This document shows, piece after piece, positions 1-10,798 of a stretch of 64,000 nucleotides of DNA. The DNA is taken from assembly GCA_018651725.1 (NCBI GenBank), contig JABIDK010000019.1, forward strand, positions 3,894 through 67,893. The letters are read 5' to 3'. The stretch is from Candidatus Falkowbacteria bacterium (lineage in GTDB: Bacteria > Patescibacteriota > Patescibacteriia > JAACEG01). The first letter of the stretch is position 1. Every line of letters starts with the position of its first letter. A model generated the notes under the pieces. The model saw nothing but the letters and a program-made list of their open reading frames with translations. It did no database searches and was not told where the DNA came from. Both the position numbers and the translations under genes were made by a program.

Positions 1-518
1 CTTTCCGTTGGACCGATTTGTTTATAAACAAATGTTCCGTCTGCTTCAATTATAAGCTTTAACATATCCCCTTCAACCAGCATTGATTTAGATGCATAAT
101 TTGAAGGGATGCTATAACGCTTTCCGTCCGGACCAATCATTTCTTCACCAGTAAAGACTCCTTCAATCTCTTTTTGTCCTTCTTTGCTTTCAGACTGCTT
201 TAACTCGCGGGACTGCTTTAAGGAAATACCTTCTTCTTTTTTTGGTAAAGGGATATCTCCTCCATCCAAATAACTTAAAAGCTGAGTAACTTGAGTTTGA
301 ATCTTTACAAGATTTCTTTTAAGATAATTTATCTTATCGCTTTCGTCATCCTTTTCTTCGTCGTCATCAACAATATCTTGTTCTTTTTCATTATCAGACT
401 CGCTATTATCTTGGTCTTTTACTTTTTTGATTAATTGATCTTCCTCGATCTTTAAGTCTTCTTCTAACTCAAGATTAAGATCTTGATCGTCGCTAAAATT
501 TTGTTTTTGTTTTTGCAT
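1..518 (-). CDS. Conserved hypothetical protein with an acidic N-terminus; runs off the left window edge
   Basis: Not in the ORF track. ATG at 518 opens a frame MQKQKQNFSDDQ...EGVFTGEEMIGPDGKRYSIPSNYASKSMLVEGDMLKL...YKQIGPTE continuing to base 1; the motif resembles a family I recall from CPR genomes. Confidence 0.75.
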   Translation of the reverse strand, partial: MQKQKQNFSDDQDLNLELEEDLKIEEDQLIKKVKDQDNSESDNEKEQDIVDDDEEKDDESDKINYLKRNLVKIQTQVTQLLSYLDGGDIPLPKKEEGISLKQSRELKQSESKEGQKEIEGVFTGEEMIGPDGKRYSIPSNYASKSMLVEGDMLKLIIEADGTFVYKQIGPTE

Positions 519-571
519 AAAAATAATGTTCAAATATTTATATTACATGTTATGTATTATATATTATATGA

Positions 572-1948
572 TTAAAGGTAATCCTTTAACTTATCGATTC
601 CATCTATATCTTCTATTTTTTCCAAAGACTTAGCTTCGATTTGTCTAATTCGTTCTCTGGTTACTCCAAATTCCTGTCCAACCTCTTCCAGGGTATGTGT
701 TACACCATCGGTAAGACCAAAACGCATTTCTAAAATTTTTTGTTCTCGTGGAGATAACTCTCGAATTACATCGTAAACATAAGATTTTAAAAGTTGCAAA
801 CCCGCTGATCTGTCTGGGGCTACTGTTTTCTCGTCTTCTATAAAACTTTCCAAAGTACTTTCTTCATCGTCATCTCCAACAGAAGTTTCCAATGAAATTG
901 TTTCTTGCGATATCTTCATAATCTGTCTCACCTTATCCAAATCTTCTCCTATTTCAGCGGCCATCTCTTCCGGCAATGGTTCTCTTCCCAAGTCTTGCAC
1001 CAACTGTCTCTCTGATTGTTTGAATTTATTAATAGTTTCTACCATATGCACCGGGATTCTGATTGTTCTTGATTGATCCGCTAAGGCTCTTGTAATGGCT
1101 TGGCGAATCCACCAGGTAGCGTAAGTTGAAAATTTATAACCTTTTCGATATTCAAATTTCTGAACCGCTCGAAAAAGTCCGATATTCCCCTCTTGAATTA
1201 AATCAAGAAGAGACAGTTTCCGACCAACAAATTTTTTAGCGATTGATACAACCAGTCTTAAATTAGCTTCAAGTAACTTTTTTTCGGATGCTTTGTCCCC
1301 TTTGTCTTTTCCTTTTGCTAAAACGACTTCTTCTTCTCGATTAAGTAATGGGACTTTTCCAATCTCACGAAGATACATTTGAATAGAGTCAAATGCGATC
1401 ATTCCTAAATCAAACTTTTTTGCGTTTGAGCCTGCCCCAACACTTAAAAGAATTTTGTCTTTTTCTTCTTTATTACGCAACATTCCGCCGGATGAATCAA
1501 CGATTTTTACACTATCTTTTTCAAGTCGATCTAAAAAATCTTCGAGCAAGTCTAAATAATGCTCCATAAAAGGAAACGAATGGAATATCTCTTGCTCAGT
1601 AATAAACCCTCTGTTGCGGACCTTGTAAAATAAAGTATCCATCTCTTCTGCGTTCGGCTTTTTTATTTCCGGTTTTTCAACAGGTTTTTTAACAACAGCT
1701 TTCTTAACAACAACTTTCTTTTTTGTTTTTGGTTGAACTTTTTTTATTACCTTCTTTTTAGCTTTTGGCTGAACTTTTTTTACTACCTTCTTTTTAACGA
1801 TTGTTTTTTTCAACACAACCTTTTTGGCAATAGGTTTTACTTTTTTAATAGTCTTTTTTTTAGTTGCTTGTTTTTTTACTTTTTGTTTTTTCCCGCCTGT
1901 AACGCTAGGTGTAGCATTTCGGGCAGGTGTTTTTATTTTTTTAACCAT
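572..1948 (-). CDS. rpoD: Primary sigma-70 factor with a Lys-rich N-terminal extension
   Basis: Region 1.2 [11 protein letters not shown], region 2 [10 protein letters not shown]...[17 protein letters not shown], region 4 [20 protein letters not shown]; follows dnaG. Confidence 0.96.
   Translation of the reverse strand: MVKKIKTPARNATPSVTGGKKQKVKKQATKKKTIKKVKPIAKKVVLKKTIVKKKVVKKVQPKAKKKVIKKVQPKTKKKVVVKKAVVKKPVEKPEIKKPNAEEMDTLFYKVRNRGFITEQEIFHSFPFMEHYLDLLEDFLDRLEKDSVKIVDSSGGMLRNKEEKDKILLSVGAGSNAKKFDLGMIAFDSIQMYLREIGKVPLLNREEEVVLAKGKDKGDKASEKKLLEANLRLVVSIAKKFVGRKLSLLDLIQEGNIGLFRAVQKFEYRKGYKFSTYATWWIRQAITRALADQSRTIRIPVHMVETINKFKQSERQLVQDLGREPLPEEMAAEIGEDLDKVRQIMKISQETISLETSVGDDDEESTLESFIEDEKTVAPDRSAGLQLLKSYVYDVIRELSPREQKILEMRFGLTDGVTHTLEEVGQEFGVTRERIRQIEAKSLEKIEDIDGIDKLKDYL
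1892..1928. repeat. Short palindromic element in frame in rpoD (encodes [12 protein letters not shown])
   Basis: cccgcctgtaacgctaggtgtagcatttcgggcaggt; GC-rich hairpin; related copies at 16442-16475 and 56028-56061. Confidence 0.75.
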
Positions 1949-1954
1949 AACACT

Positions 1955-1990
1955 TGTTTAAATGTTTAGATGCTTAGATGTTTAAATGTT
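1955..1990. repeat. Octamer tandem repeat TG(T/C)TTA(G/A)A x4.5
   Basis: tgtttaaa tgtttaga tgcttaga tgtttaaa tgtt fills the dnaG-rpoD spacer; same unit at 17956-17987. Confidence 0.75.
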
Positions 1991-1991
1991 A

Positions 1992-3785
1992 TTAAAGTTC
2001 CATTAATTTTTTATCAAGTTCAGACACTCGAAGAAGTAATTCATCTGTTATTTTATCTTCTCCGGTCTTTTCACTTTCTTGCAGCTCTTTTTCCAGTATT
2101 TTTTTTTGCTTTAAAATATATTCTTTTTTAAGATCTGTTAAGTTCTCGGTAATTTGTTGCTTAATTTCTTTTTCTGAAAAATCAAAAAAATCTTTTTCAA
2201 CTAAAAGTAAAAGAGTTTGGCAAAGATTAAATAACTGCTCGTTACTTTCTTTAAAATGACCTAAAAACAAATTAAAGTCAAAACTGCCTTGGCTATTCTT
2301 ATAAAAATTAATAAGTTCCTGATAAATCTTTACAAGCTCCTTGTTTGGCAAAACCTCCAAATGCAACTGTGCTTCAAAATAATCCAAATTTTTTGGGTAT
2401 TTTAAAAGCAAACCAATGAGCTGTTCCCCCATTTGGCTTACTCGGTCTTTCTTCTCGGTTGATGCGTTTTTTAATCTTTGGCTGACTTTCTTATCTGGAA
2501 TTTTATTATAACTTTTCTTTTTACTTTTTTCAATAGACTCTCGTAAAATATTTTCTGAAACATCCAATATTTCAGATAACTTTTTTAAATAATGATTTTG
2601 CTCTATTAAGTTAGGAATTTTTCCAATAACCGGTAGTAAAATTTTAGCGCTACTTTTCTTGTCTTCAATTTTACTTGGATCAAGCTTTTTAAATGTTTGA
2701 ACAAAATAATAGTTCAAAATTGACTGAGCGTTTTTTACAGCATTTTTCCATTTGTTAATATCACTTTTAATAAGCTCGTCCGGATCTTTATCTTCCTCCA
2801 GATCAATTATTTTAATATTCATTCCTTCTGCCAGCGCAATATCAATACCTCTTTTTACGGCATTTTGCCCGGCTACATCAGAGTCAAACGCTAAAAGCAA
2901 ATTATCGCTGTATCTTTTTAAAATTTTTACCTGTTCCAAGGTTAAGGCTGTCCCGGATGTTGCCACTGCATTTTTATCTCCGGCTTCATGAACAGAAATT
3001 AAATCCATCTGCCCCTCTACCAGTATAATCGCATTGTTTTTTCGAGACGCTTGCTTAGCCTTGTCTAGTCCGTAAAGAACTTCACTTTTATTATAAACAT
3101 CTGTTTGCGGGCTGTTAATATATTTAGCCGTATCTGTCTTTTCGAGCGCACGGGCGCTAAAACCGACTGCTTGACCGTGCAAATTATTTATTGGAAACAT
3201 CAGCCTGTTCCTGAATCGATCGTAATAACTTGCTCCACCTTTTTTCTGAACTATCAATCCGGCATCAAAAATATCTTTTTGCTTATAACCTCTCTTGAGT
3301 AAAAATCTTAATAATGTATCCCAACTGTTCGGAGCAAAGCCAAGTTCAAAATTTTCTATTGATTCAGGGCTTACCTGTCTTTTCCTTAAATAATCGTTGG
3401 CAATTTTTGCCTGAGGAGCGGTCTTTAATAAATGCGCATAAAACTTTTTTGCCAGTTCGTTGATGTCTAATAGTTTATTTTTCAAATTAGCTTGCTTTGG
3501 ATTTTCAGGAACAAGCTCCACGCCCGCTCTTTTTGCAAGCATCTTCAAAGCCTCTTTAAAATCAAGTCCTTCTATCTTCATTATAAAACTAAAAACATCT
3601 CCACCTTCGGAACATCCAAAACAGTGCCAAAACCCACGATCTTGACTTACGGAAAAAGAAGGGGTCTTTTCGTTATGAAAAGGACAAAGCCCCTTAAAAT
3701 TATGTCCAGCCTGCTCTAACTTAACATACTCCTTAATCACCTCTACAATATCCAATTTAGATTTTATTTCATCCGTATTTGTCAT
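1992..3785 (-). CDS. dnaG: DNA primase
   Basis: Zn finger CPFHNEKTPSF...HCFGC, YDRFRNRLMFPI, KYINSP, TOPRIM VEGQMD and FDSDVAG. Confidence 0.97.
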   Translation of the reverse strand: MTNTDEIKSKLDIVEVIKEYVKLEQAGHNFKGLCPFHNEKTPSFSVSQDRGFWHCFGCSEGGDVFSFIMKIEGLDFKEALKMLAKRAGVELVPENPKQANLKNKLLDINELAKKFYAHLLKTAPQAKIANDYLRKRQVSPESIENFELGFAPNSWDTLLRFLLKRGYKQKDIFDAGLIVQKKGGASYYDRFRNRLMFPINNLHGQAVGFSARALEKTDTAKYINSPQTDVYNKSEVLYGLDKAKQASRKNNAIILVEGQMDLISVHEAGDKNAVATSGTALTLEQVKILKRYSDNLLLAFDSDVAGQNAVKRGIDIALAEGMNIKIIDLEEDKDPDELIKSDINKWKNAVKNAQSILNYYFVQTFKKLDPSKIEDKKSSAKILLPVIGKIPNLIEQNHYLKKLSEILDVSENILRESIEKSKKKSYNKIPDKKVSQRLKNASTEKKDRVSQMGEQLIGLLLKYPKNLDYFEAQLHLEVLPNKELVKIYQELINFYKNSQGSFDFNLFLGHFKESNEQLFNLCQTLLLLVEKDFFDFSEKEIKQQITENLTDLKKEYILKQKKILEKELQESEKTGEDKITDELLLRVSELDKKLMEL

Positions 3786-3866
3786 AAAATAATTTTATTT
3801 TCAAACAATACAAAAACTATATCTGTAAAGAATTTTATCTTATTATACATTTTATACATTCCAAAA

Positions 3867-5201
3867 TTAATACTGCAATGACTCTTTTTCTGATTTGGCT
3901 TTCTCCGGTTCTCCGAAGACTATTTTTTCTATATTGAAAGTTCCGTATTTTGCGGCTTCAAAATATCCACTGATTGCTGCTTCTGCTAAAACGCCGCCTT
4001 CCAGCCAATCAAAAAGCCACTCGTTTGTGTACTCTGGATTTTCTTGCGGAATTCCAGCACCTATAATTGTCAGCCATTTTTTGTTAAATTTTTCTTGTGA
4101 TCCGATTGGTGGAGCTACAATAATTGGAACTCCTAAACCAACATAAAAGCTAAGTTCGCTTGGTTTGGTCCATAAAATATCTGTCTTGCGAAGAGCAACA
4201 TTAAACTTTTTAAAATAATCTTCTTTGTTGTCTGCAAAAATTATTTTTATTCCCTCTCCCAACTCACTGCCAAGTCCCAGCTTCTTAATATTTTCTTTAA
4301 AAAATTTATTAACATCGTTATGGATTCCAGCTATTAAATTTATTTTAATTTTTTTCTCTTTTATTTTTTCTTTTAAACTTTTTAAAATTGTCACTCCCAA
4401 TTCTCTTTGCGCCCCGGCTCCGCCAACTGCAAACATTAAAGTTAAGTCTCCGCCTTTATGGCACGGAAATTCTTTGCCCAGTTCTTTTATAATATTTTCT
4501 TTATATTTATTAACATGCCTGCGGTTTGGATCTAAATTTACCAAACGTTTGCAAAAATCATCTTTTAAGATATCCAAATTCTCTGTGCCAAGATTTTCTG
4601 TTGGCAATGGAAAACCTGTTAAAAAAATCTTATTCTCTGAGACTCCGTAAAGCTTTAATCTCTCCGCTACTCTTGTATTTGGAACCAAATATTTAATTTT
4701 ACTTAAATTAGGATTAATCGGTGCCCAAGCTCGACTGATATCGGCATCGCACACTAAAAGATAAATATCTTGATTAAACCCGTGAAGCTCTGCCATATAG
4801 GCCGGAATAAAAAAACTTGTAATAAGCGGGATATTTTCTTGCTTTAGTTTTTCTATAAAATGTTTGCCCCAACCTTTTTTAATTAAAGAAATAGAACTTA
4901 AAAGCTGTAAATTTTTCCCGGACAAATCTCTTCTGGGATAAAATTTTGGGATAGCCTGAAACTTATCAAAAAGATCAAAGGCGAACTTCCCCACCAAAGG
5001 AACATTTTTAAAACGAGAAATAAAATTATAAAATTTCTGGCTCTGTTGCCAAATTTTTGTGTCTTCTTTTGGGATGCCTTCGTATTTATTAGCATTAATT
5101 ACTGTCCCTCCAAAGGCAATATCATTAAGAGGATAGGCCGCCCGCTGATGACCATACCCCATATCAACAGCAACCACCCAAGCTTTTTTATTTTCACTCA
5201 T
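3867..5201 (-). CDS. Putative GT-B glycosyltransferase (UgtP/MGDG-synthase-like)
   Basis: DMGYGHQRAA, TGFP, GGAG, WTKPSEL and PPIGSQE parallel the GxGH, TKPGG and PGQE motifs of GT28-like enzymes. Confidence 0.6.
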   Translation of the reverse strand: MSENKKAWVVAVDMGYGHQRAAYPLNDIAFGGTVINANKYEGIPKEDTKIWQQSQKFYNFISRFKNVPLVGKFAFDLFDKFQAIPKFYPRRDLSGKNLQLLSSISLIKKGWGKHFIEKLKQENIPLITSFFIPAYMAELHGFNQDIYLLVCDADISRAWAPINPNLSKIKYLVPNTRVAERLKLYGVSENKIFLTGFPLPTENLGTENLDILKDDFCKRLVNLDPNRRHVNKYKENIIKELGKEFPCHKGGDLTLMFAVGGAGAQRELGVTILKSLKEKIKEKKIKINLIAGIHNDVNKFFKENIKKLGLGSELGEGIKIIFADNKEDYFKKFNVALRKTDILWTKPSELSFYVGLGVPIIVAPPIGSQEKFNKKWLTIIGAGIPQENPEYTNEWLFDWLEGGVLAEAAISGYFEAAKYGTFNIEKIVFGEPEKAKSEKESLQY

Positions 5202-5284
5202 ATAGTTAATAAAAATTTAATTAGTACATTACCAGCTTACCACATCCCCCACGAATTGCAATTTTTAAAATTTTAAAACTAAAG

Positions 5285-6286
5285 CTAATCAATAAACTTT
5301 AAAAAATATTGCTTTGGCACAGATTCTTGCTTCACAATTTTAGCCCACTTAGAATCAACTTCTGATAATCGTTTTAACTTTTTGTCTTCTTTAAACAAAG
5401 GATCAACCACTCTAGATTTGCAAAAAACACTAGTGTCATAATCATTTGGATTATTTATAATCTTAGTCCTATTATTCATTCGGCTAAAAAGTAATTTTAA
5501 TTTTTTGTCGTTATCTAAAAACTTTTGAATTTTATTTATAACCAATTTATCAGTTGTATAGAGATCTCTTTCTGAAATATAGTTTTTTTGTAATGCGTAT
5601 CGTAAATAATCGCCTACTGTCCTAAACATAATCGCCGATGTCAAACTAGCATAATAATCAGTGTTAAGCTTTAAGAATAATTTTGCATACTTATCAGCAC
5701 TTTCGAAGCTCTTAAAAACCCAATCATTATTTTCTACTGTTAAGTTATCTAAAATATATATTTTATCTTTGTCATTAAGCTCGCCAAAAATAACTGCTGT
5801 TTTTAACGAATAATCAATCCGATCAGCGCATAAATCAGGTAGGTTATTTTCCTGAAGCGGAAAATGACTGTCATCAATGATATAATTAAAATCAATCCCA
5901 TATTTTTTTAATATTTGTGGGACCTCTGTTTTTCTAACAAAATCCTCAGAAACATTGTCTTGATGGTTATGTTCTTTTTCAGAACCAACCTCCAACACAT
6001 AATCAATACAATGTGAAAAGGCTGAATGAGAAACATCGTGAATTAAACCGGCAATCTGCTCTTCAAGTGATGCACCGTATTTACGCAACAATAAATAAAC
6101 GCCTACGGAATGAGCAAAACGACTATGATCGTACTTACCAGTCTCAACATCGGGCTTAACCCAAAGAGGCCTATAACCGGCTTGATCTATTTCTTTTAAT
6201 CTTTGAAGAGACTTTGATTTTATAAGTTCTAAAATAACCGGCTCATCAATCTCAAATTCTCCATAGACTCTATCTATATATTTCAT
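5285..6286 (-). CDS. HD-domain phosphohydrolase (dNTPase-like)
   Basis: RLKEIDQAG, SRFAHSVG, LIHDVSHSAFSH, ADRIDY. Confidence 0.88.
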   Translation of the reverse strand: MKYIDRVYGEFEIDEPVILELIKSKSLQRLKEIDQAGYRPLWVKPDVETGKYDHSRFAHSVGVYLLLRKYGASLEEQIAGLIHDVSHSAFSHCIDYVLEVGSEKEHNHQDNVSEDFVRKTEVPQILKKYGIDFNYIIDDSHFPLQENNLPDLCADRIDYSLKTAVIFGELNDKDKIYILDNLTVENNDWVFKSFESADKYAKLFLKLNTDYYASLTSAIMFRTVGDYLRYALQKNYISERDLYTTDKLVINKIQKFLDNDKKLKLLFSRMNNRTKIINNPNDYDTSVFCKSRVVDPLFKEDKKLKRLSEVDSKWAKIVKQESVPKQYFLKFID

Positions 6287-6297
6287 ATTGATTTATT

Positions 6298-7203
6298 TTA
6301 CCTCTGACATTTAATACAAAAATGTGTGCCTCTGCCAGCGACTTTTATTTTTTGAATTTTTTCATTGCATTGCTTGCATTTTTTGTTTTGCTGACCGTAA
6401 ACTTTTAATTTTTGTTTAAAATTACCTTTTTGCCCTTCACAGTCAACAAAATCACTAAAGGTTGTGCCATTATATTTTATAGCTAATCTAATAATTCTTT
6501 TTATGGACGTAAATAATAGTTTTTGCTCTTGCCCTGTTAAAGAATTTACTAAACGCTGCGGATGAATCTTTGCGGAAAATAACGCCTCATCAACATAGAT
6601 ATTTCCCAGTCCGGAGATAATAGCCTGATTTAAAAGCGTGGCTTTAATATTTGCCCTACGAACACCCAAGGCTTTTTTAAAATTTACAAAGGTAAAATTA
6701 GGCTGTTCAGGCTCAATGCCGTACTTACTTTTTATATCTTGTAACTCATCATCAGAAACTATTTTCAAATAACCAAACTGTCGCAAATCATTAAAAAATA
6801 AACTTGATCCGTCCTGAAATTTAAAGATAATATGAGTATATTTTCCCGGCTGACAAAAATTTTCTCTATCTTTTTTTATAAATTGCACTTCTTCCTCTGA
6901 CGAATTAACATGCCCGCCAACTACAAATTTTTCCGGATCACAATACACTAACTGCCCGGTCATCTTAAGATGAATCAATAAATATTGTTTTTCAGATTGA
7001 TCGCTCTTCTTTAAAACAAAAATCAATAACTTTCCGATTCTGTCTATCTTAACAAAAGAATTCCCAATCAAAACTTTGCGAAAAAATGACTGAGAATTTT
7101 TCACTAAATTTCTTTTTTTAATACTAATCTTATTAATTTTTTTGGAAACAACCTCTCTACTCAACCCCCTACAAATAGTCTCCACCTCCGGCAGTTCAGG
7201 CAT
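6298..7203 (-). CDS. mutM: Formamidopyrimidine-DNA glycosylase
   Basis: N-terminal MPELPEVET, HLKMTG, GLGNIYVDEALF, C-terminal Zn finger ending RGTHFCIKCQ. Confidence 0.96.
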   Translation of the reverse strand: MPELPEVETICRGLSREVVSKKINKISIKKRNLVKNSQSFFRKVLIGNSFVKIDRIGKLLIFVLKKSDQSEKQYLLIHLKMTGQLVYCDPEKFVVGGHVNSSEEEVQFIKKDRENFCQPGKYTHIIFKFQDGSSLFFNDLRQFGYLKIVSDDELQDIKSKYGIEPEQPNFTFVNFKKALGVRRANIKATLLNQAIISGLGNIYVDEALFSAKIHPQRLVNSLTGQEQKLLFTSIKRIIRLAIKYNGTTFSDFVDCEGQKGNFKQKLKVYGQQNKKCKQCNEKIQKIKVAGRGTHFCIKCQR

Positions 7204-7207
7204 ATAG

Positions 7208-7507
7208 TTAAAACCCCGGATGAAAGTTTTTTTGAAAATCTAGATAGATATAATAATAAATTAAAACAAACGGAATCACAAAGCCAAAAAAAATAAAATA
7301 CAATTTTTCAGCCTTAGATACAAATTTAGATAACTTGTAGGGAATGATAAATAAAAATGGGGCGACAAATATGGAGTACATCCCTAAATACCAAACCCAT
7401 GACGAAGTATTACCCCCGCTACTAAGAAAAACTGCCACAACAAAAGGCAAAAGAACAAAAACCAATAAGTAAATACCTAACCATAAATAATTTTGTTTGT
7501 TTTTCAT
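7208..7507 (-). CDS. Small membrane protein (about 3 TM segments)
   Basis: Hydrophobic 99-aa ORF tightly packed in the operon. Confidence 0.6.
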   Translation of the reverse strand: MKNKQNYLWLGIYLLVFVLLPFVVAVFLSSGGNTSSWVWYLGMYSIFVAPFLFIIPYKLSKFVSKAEKLYFIFFGFVIPFVLIYYYIYLDFQKNFHPGF

Positions 7508-7520
7508 ATTTTTAATTTAG

Positions 7521-10190
7521 TTAATAAATTATTAAATCTTGACCTTGTAATATCTCTATATCTGCTTTGATTATACCATACCCACCATCGGTAATCCAAT
7601 GCCTTCTATGATAAAAATTTAAAGTTTTTAGCAAACTCTTGAATTTACGATCAATAATTTTTGTATAAACCTTTGTTAAATAATTATTAGTTCTATCAAA
7701 ATTAGCTTGAGCTCTTTCTTCGCATTTTTCTTGATGTTTTCGTTTTTTACAAGACTCTAATTTTTTTTCAAATCTTTTCTTATTTTTTTCAAGTCTTTTG
7801 TTATATTTTCCAACAGTTTTGTTAATTTGATTTAATTTTCTTATTAAACTGTTTTTTACAAATTTCTTTTTTATATCTCCTGTATCATGCAAGTTTTCAA
7901 TATTTAAGATCATTGATTGAATAGTAGTTTGTTTTTTTATTTTTATTATTTCTTGATTGTCTTCTTCTCTGTTTCCGGCTTTATCGGTTGAGCTGTATTT
8001 TAAATTATAAACAATTTCAGTACTTGTTGTGGGGGCTTTAAGAATAATTGGATCATTATAAATTTCCCAAGTTTCTCCGTTGTCTAAGCTGTATTCTGTT
8101 TTTAAGATTCCAGAGCCGTTTTCGTTGTCTTCGGCTATTAACTCAACCGTAACATCGTTAGTGTAATAATCATTTTCTTTTTCGCCTGTAATATTTATTG
8201 TTGTGCCTGGTTTTATAAAGTCGTCTTGCTGACCTTCGTCTAGCACAGAGCTTGGGTTTATTGAATTCTCAAATATATCATCGCCATCTTTATCTATTCG
8301 CAAAGTAATCTGCTCGTAGTCTTGTATTTCATCTTCCAACTCCATTTGAACTTTAGTGTTTATTGAATTTAATGGAACTTCATTAAAATAAGCTGTTTTT
8401 ACATATTCACTATTTTGGATTTTTTGGACTCTCATATTAAATGATCCTGTATTTGTGGCGTTGCCTTTTATTGTGTAGCTTTGTCCTTCGGGAAGAAAAG
8501 CGAATTTATTGTCGCCCAGTATATCATATACTACTCCCGGAATATTATTTTCCAAGTCTCCGTTTTCCAGTGGTCCGACGTGGTTACCAAAACTATCGTA
8601 GATGTGAAGATCTATTGGTGAGTGAAAACTAATTTGTTTTCCGCTAAAGGTGCAGAAGTTATTATCCTTGTCTGCACTTAAATTTTCATAGTTTTGGATA
8701 TTGAAATTATCAATGTTATTTTCATCTTCTAAAAGATGAACAACAAGTTGCCTTATTCCATTAACACTTGGGATATAAGCGTGTTCATGGCTATTAACGT
8801 AAACTTTTGGAGCCTCAAAACCTTCGGCACTACGGAGTGGTACTGTGCCGTCTCCGGAAATGTATCTTAATGAATATTCGTTGTTCCCTGATTTTTCTTT
8901 GTTTAGGATATAGACCCTGCCAATGGTTGGTTTGGAGCAACCTATAATATTTACTGAGTTTGAAAAAGAATAATCATCAATTGAGTTGTGGAACTCGTCA
9001 ATTTTATTTAAAATAATATTATTTCTATCTGTATTTTTCATAAACTCTAAAGATTGATCGTAATCAAGCCCATGTGTTACGCCATTATTATCCATATCAT
9101 AAATATCACTGATATAGCTTTTATAATTCTTATCTTCTTCGTCAAAATATTTTCTACTTGGAAGAAGTTGGTAAACTGCCGGCATATTTTGGGAGATGTC
9201 TTTAGCGGTATTTTGATTAAATTCAAGCCATAAAAAGTTAAAACCCATATCATCGCCAAACATTAAAGCCTTAAAAGCCTTTGGTGCGCCAAAATGCGGA
9301 GTGGCGATATCAATAAACCTATCAACCGAATCTTCACCATATTCTGTTAAATATTTTTTAACCAATAGTCCGCCCATACTGTGAGCAATGATGTCAACTT
9401 TTTCAGAGTTAGTGAAACTTTTTACTTTATCAATTTTATCTTTTAAATTCGCAATCTCGCCCTCTTCTTCCGGAACATTCCCAGCGGTCCAAGCAATATC
9501 AAGTCGCCAGTCATAGGGAAAAACAAAAAGATTTTTGTTTTCTTCGTAGCCTTTAATTTTTAGCTCTTCGATTAAACCATATAAAAAATCTTGATTTACT
9601 ATTTCACGAAAAACATCAGTTGGTCCAAGCTTATTGTCAACATATGGAACACCGTCCGGGGCCATATCTAAGATGTAAAAAGGTAAATCTTCGCCTGGCA
9701 AAGACATTCTATCCAAATTAGGCCAAACCTCTTTGTTAATTTCCGTGTTCTCCAAATAACTTGCCATAATTCCGGGAACTAAGATAACTGGTTCAAGTTC
9801 TTGTTTAGCTTCCATCGCAAAATTTACTTCAACATCAGAATACAACGGCAAATCAACTTGCTCAACTCTATTCTCTTCATATCCGTCTACATTAACGATA
9901 AGGTCTCCTATGTCGGGTGGAAAAGAAAATTGAAAAGAATAATTTCCAAATTCATCTGTAACAGTATTAGTTATATCTTCATTCCAAAAAGGTGGTGGTG
10001 GAAGTAACCCCCAATCCGCCTCAAACCTAACTTCAGCCCCTTGAATAACTTGACCGGTATCACCATCTTTCACTTGACCAAAGATATTAACATACGGAAT
10101 AAAAAAATCTCCGAGGGCAACGTTTGGCAAAATTAAATTAAGCAACATCAAAACCAACAAAATCCCTCCAAAGAATTTCCTGTTCAACAT
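7521..10190 (-). CDS. Secreted alpha/beta-hydrolase (LCAT/PGAP1-like lipase or acyltransferase) with Ig-like accessory domains
   Basis: Signal peptide; carboxypeptidase-regulatory-like N-domain; PVILVPGIMAS, FPYDWR, AHSMGG, ATPHFGAP, GDGTVP; Ig-like segment SGILKTEYSLD...STDKAGN. Confidence 0.85.
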   Translation of the reverse strand: MLNRKFFGGILLVLMLLNLILPNVALGDFFIPYVNIFGQVKDGDTGQVIQGAEVRFEADWGLLPPPPFWNEDITNTVTDEFGNYSFQFSFPPDIGDLIVNVDGYEENRVEQVDLPLYSDVEVNFAMEAKQELEPVILVPGIMASYLENTEINKEVWPNLDRMSLPGEDLPFYILDMAPDGVPYVDNKLGPTDVFREIVNQDFLYGLIEELKIKGYEENKNLFVFPYDWRLDIAWTAGNVPEEEGEIANLKDKIDKVKSFTNSEKVDIIAHSMGGLLVKKYLTEYGEDSVDRFIDIATPHFGAPKAFKALMFGDDMGFNFLWLEFNQNTAKDISQNMPAVYQLLPSRKYFDEEDKNYKSYISDIYDMDNNGVTHGLDYDQSLEFMKNTDRNNIILNKIDEFHNSIDDYSFSNSVNIIGCSKPTIGRVYILNKEKSGNNEYSLRYISGDGTVPLRSAEGFEAPKVYVNSHEHAYIPSVNGIRQLVVHLLEDENNIDNFNIQNYENLSADKDNNFCTFSGKQISFHSPIDLHIYDSFGNHVGPLENGDLENNIPGVVYDILGDNKFAFLPEGQSYTIKGNATNTGSFNMRVQKIQNSEYVKTAYFNEVPLNSINTKVQMELEDEIQDYEQITLRIDKDGDDIFENSINPSSVLDEGQQDDFIKPGTTINITGEKENDYYTNDVTVELIAEDNENGSGILKTEYSLDNGETWEIYNDPIILKAPTTSTEIVYNLKYSSTDKAGNREEDNQEIIKIKKQTTIQSMILNIENLHDTGDIKKKFVKNSLIRKLNQINKTVGKYNKRLEKNKKRFEKKLESCKKRKHQEKCEERAQANFDRTNNYLTKVYTKIIDRKFKSLLKTLNFYHRRHWITDGGYGIIKADIEILQGQDLIIY

Positions 10191-10215
10191 AGTTTTAGTT
10201 TTTTGAATTATTAGA

Positions 10216-10782
10216 TTATATTAATTTATGTTTTGTAATATACTCTCCGAATTCCTTGAAAGCTTTTGCTCTTTGGGAAAAAGAATTTTTCTCTTCCAGG
10301 GACATTTCAGAAATAGTTTTTGTTTTACCTTCTGGAATAAATATTCTGTCATAAGGCATTGCATCTTTATCTTGATTATATACTTTTTCTGTAATAACTC
10401 CTTTCATAACTCCCTCAAATAAAACTGCTTCTTCACCCGGCTTACAATACGCCGCCACTGTTTTAAAATAAGCATCTCTTTTTTCATTTTCAAGCAATTT
10501 AAAAATACCCTTATAACCAAGAGTATTATATACAAACTTAGGAAGAGCGCCGGGAAAACCATCATACGCCTCAAAAAACAAACCCGTATCTTCTAGGATA
10601 ACTGGCTTATTAAGTTCATTAGCAAGTTTCTTAACAGCGTCTCTAGCAATATCTTCTATCTGATCATCATGATTTTCTTCATACTCCATATCAAGTTGCT
10701 CTAACTCAACAGGATAATCTTTCAACACATCCCGAACCTCTTGAAATTTATGTTTATTAGTTGTAACAAATACTATTTTCAT
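10216..10782 (-). CDS. rdgB: Non-canonical purine NTP pyrophosphatase (Ham1/RdgB)
   Basis: FVTTNKHK, EDTGL, GFPG, YDRIF, EKNSFSQRAKA. Confidence 0.9.
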   Translation of the reverse strand: MKIVFVTTNKHKFQEVRDVLKDYPVELEQLDMEYEENHDDQIEDIARDAVKKLANELNKPVILEDTGLFFEAYDGFPGALPKFVYNTLGYKGIFKLLENEKRDAYFKTVAAYCKPGEEAVLFEGVMKGVITEKVYNQDKDAMPYDRIFIPEGKTKTISEMSLEEKNSFSQRAKAFKEFGEYITKHKLI

Positions 10783-10798
10783 GTTTATTTTTTATTTT

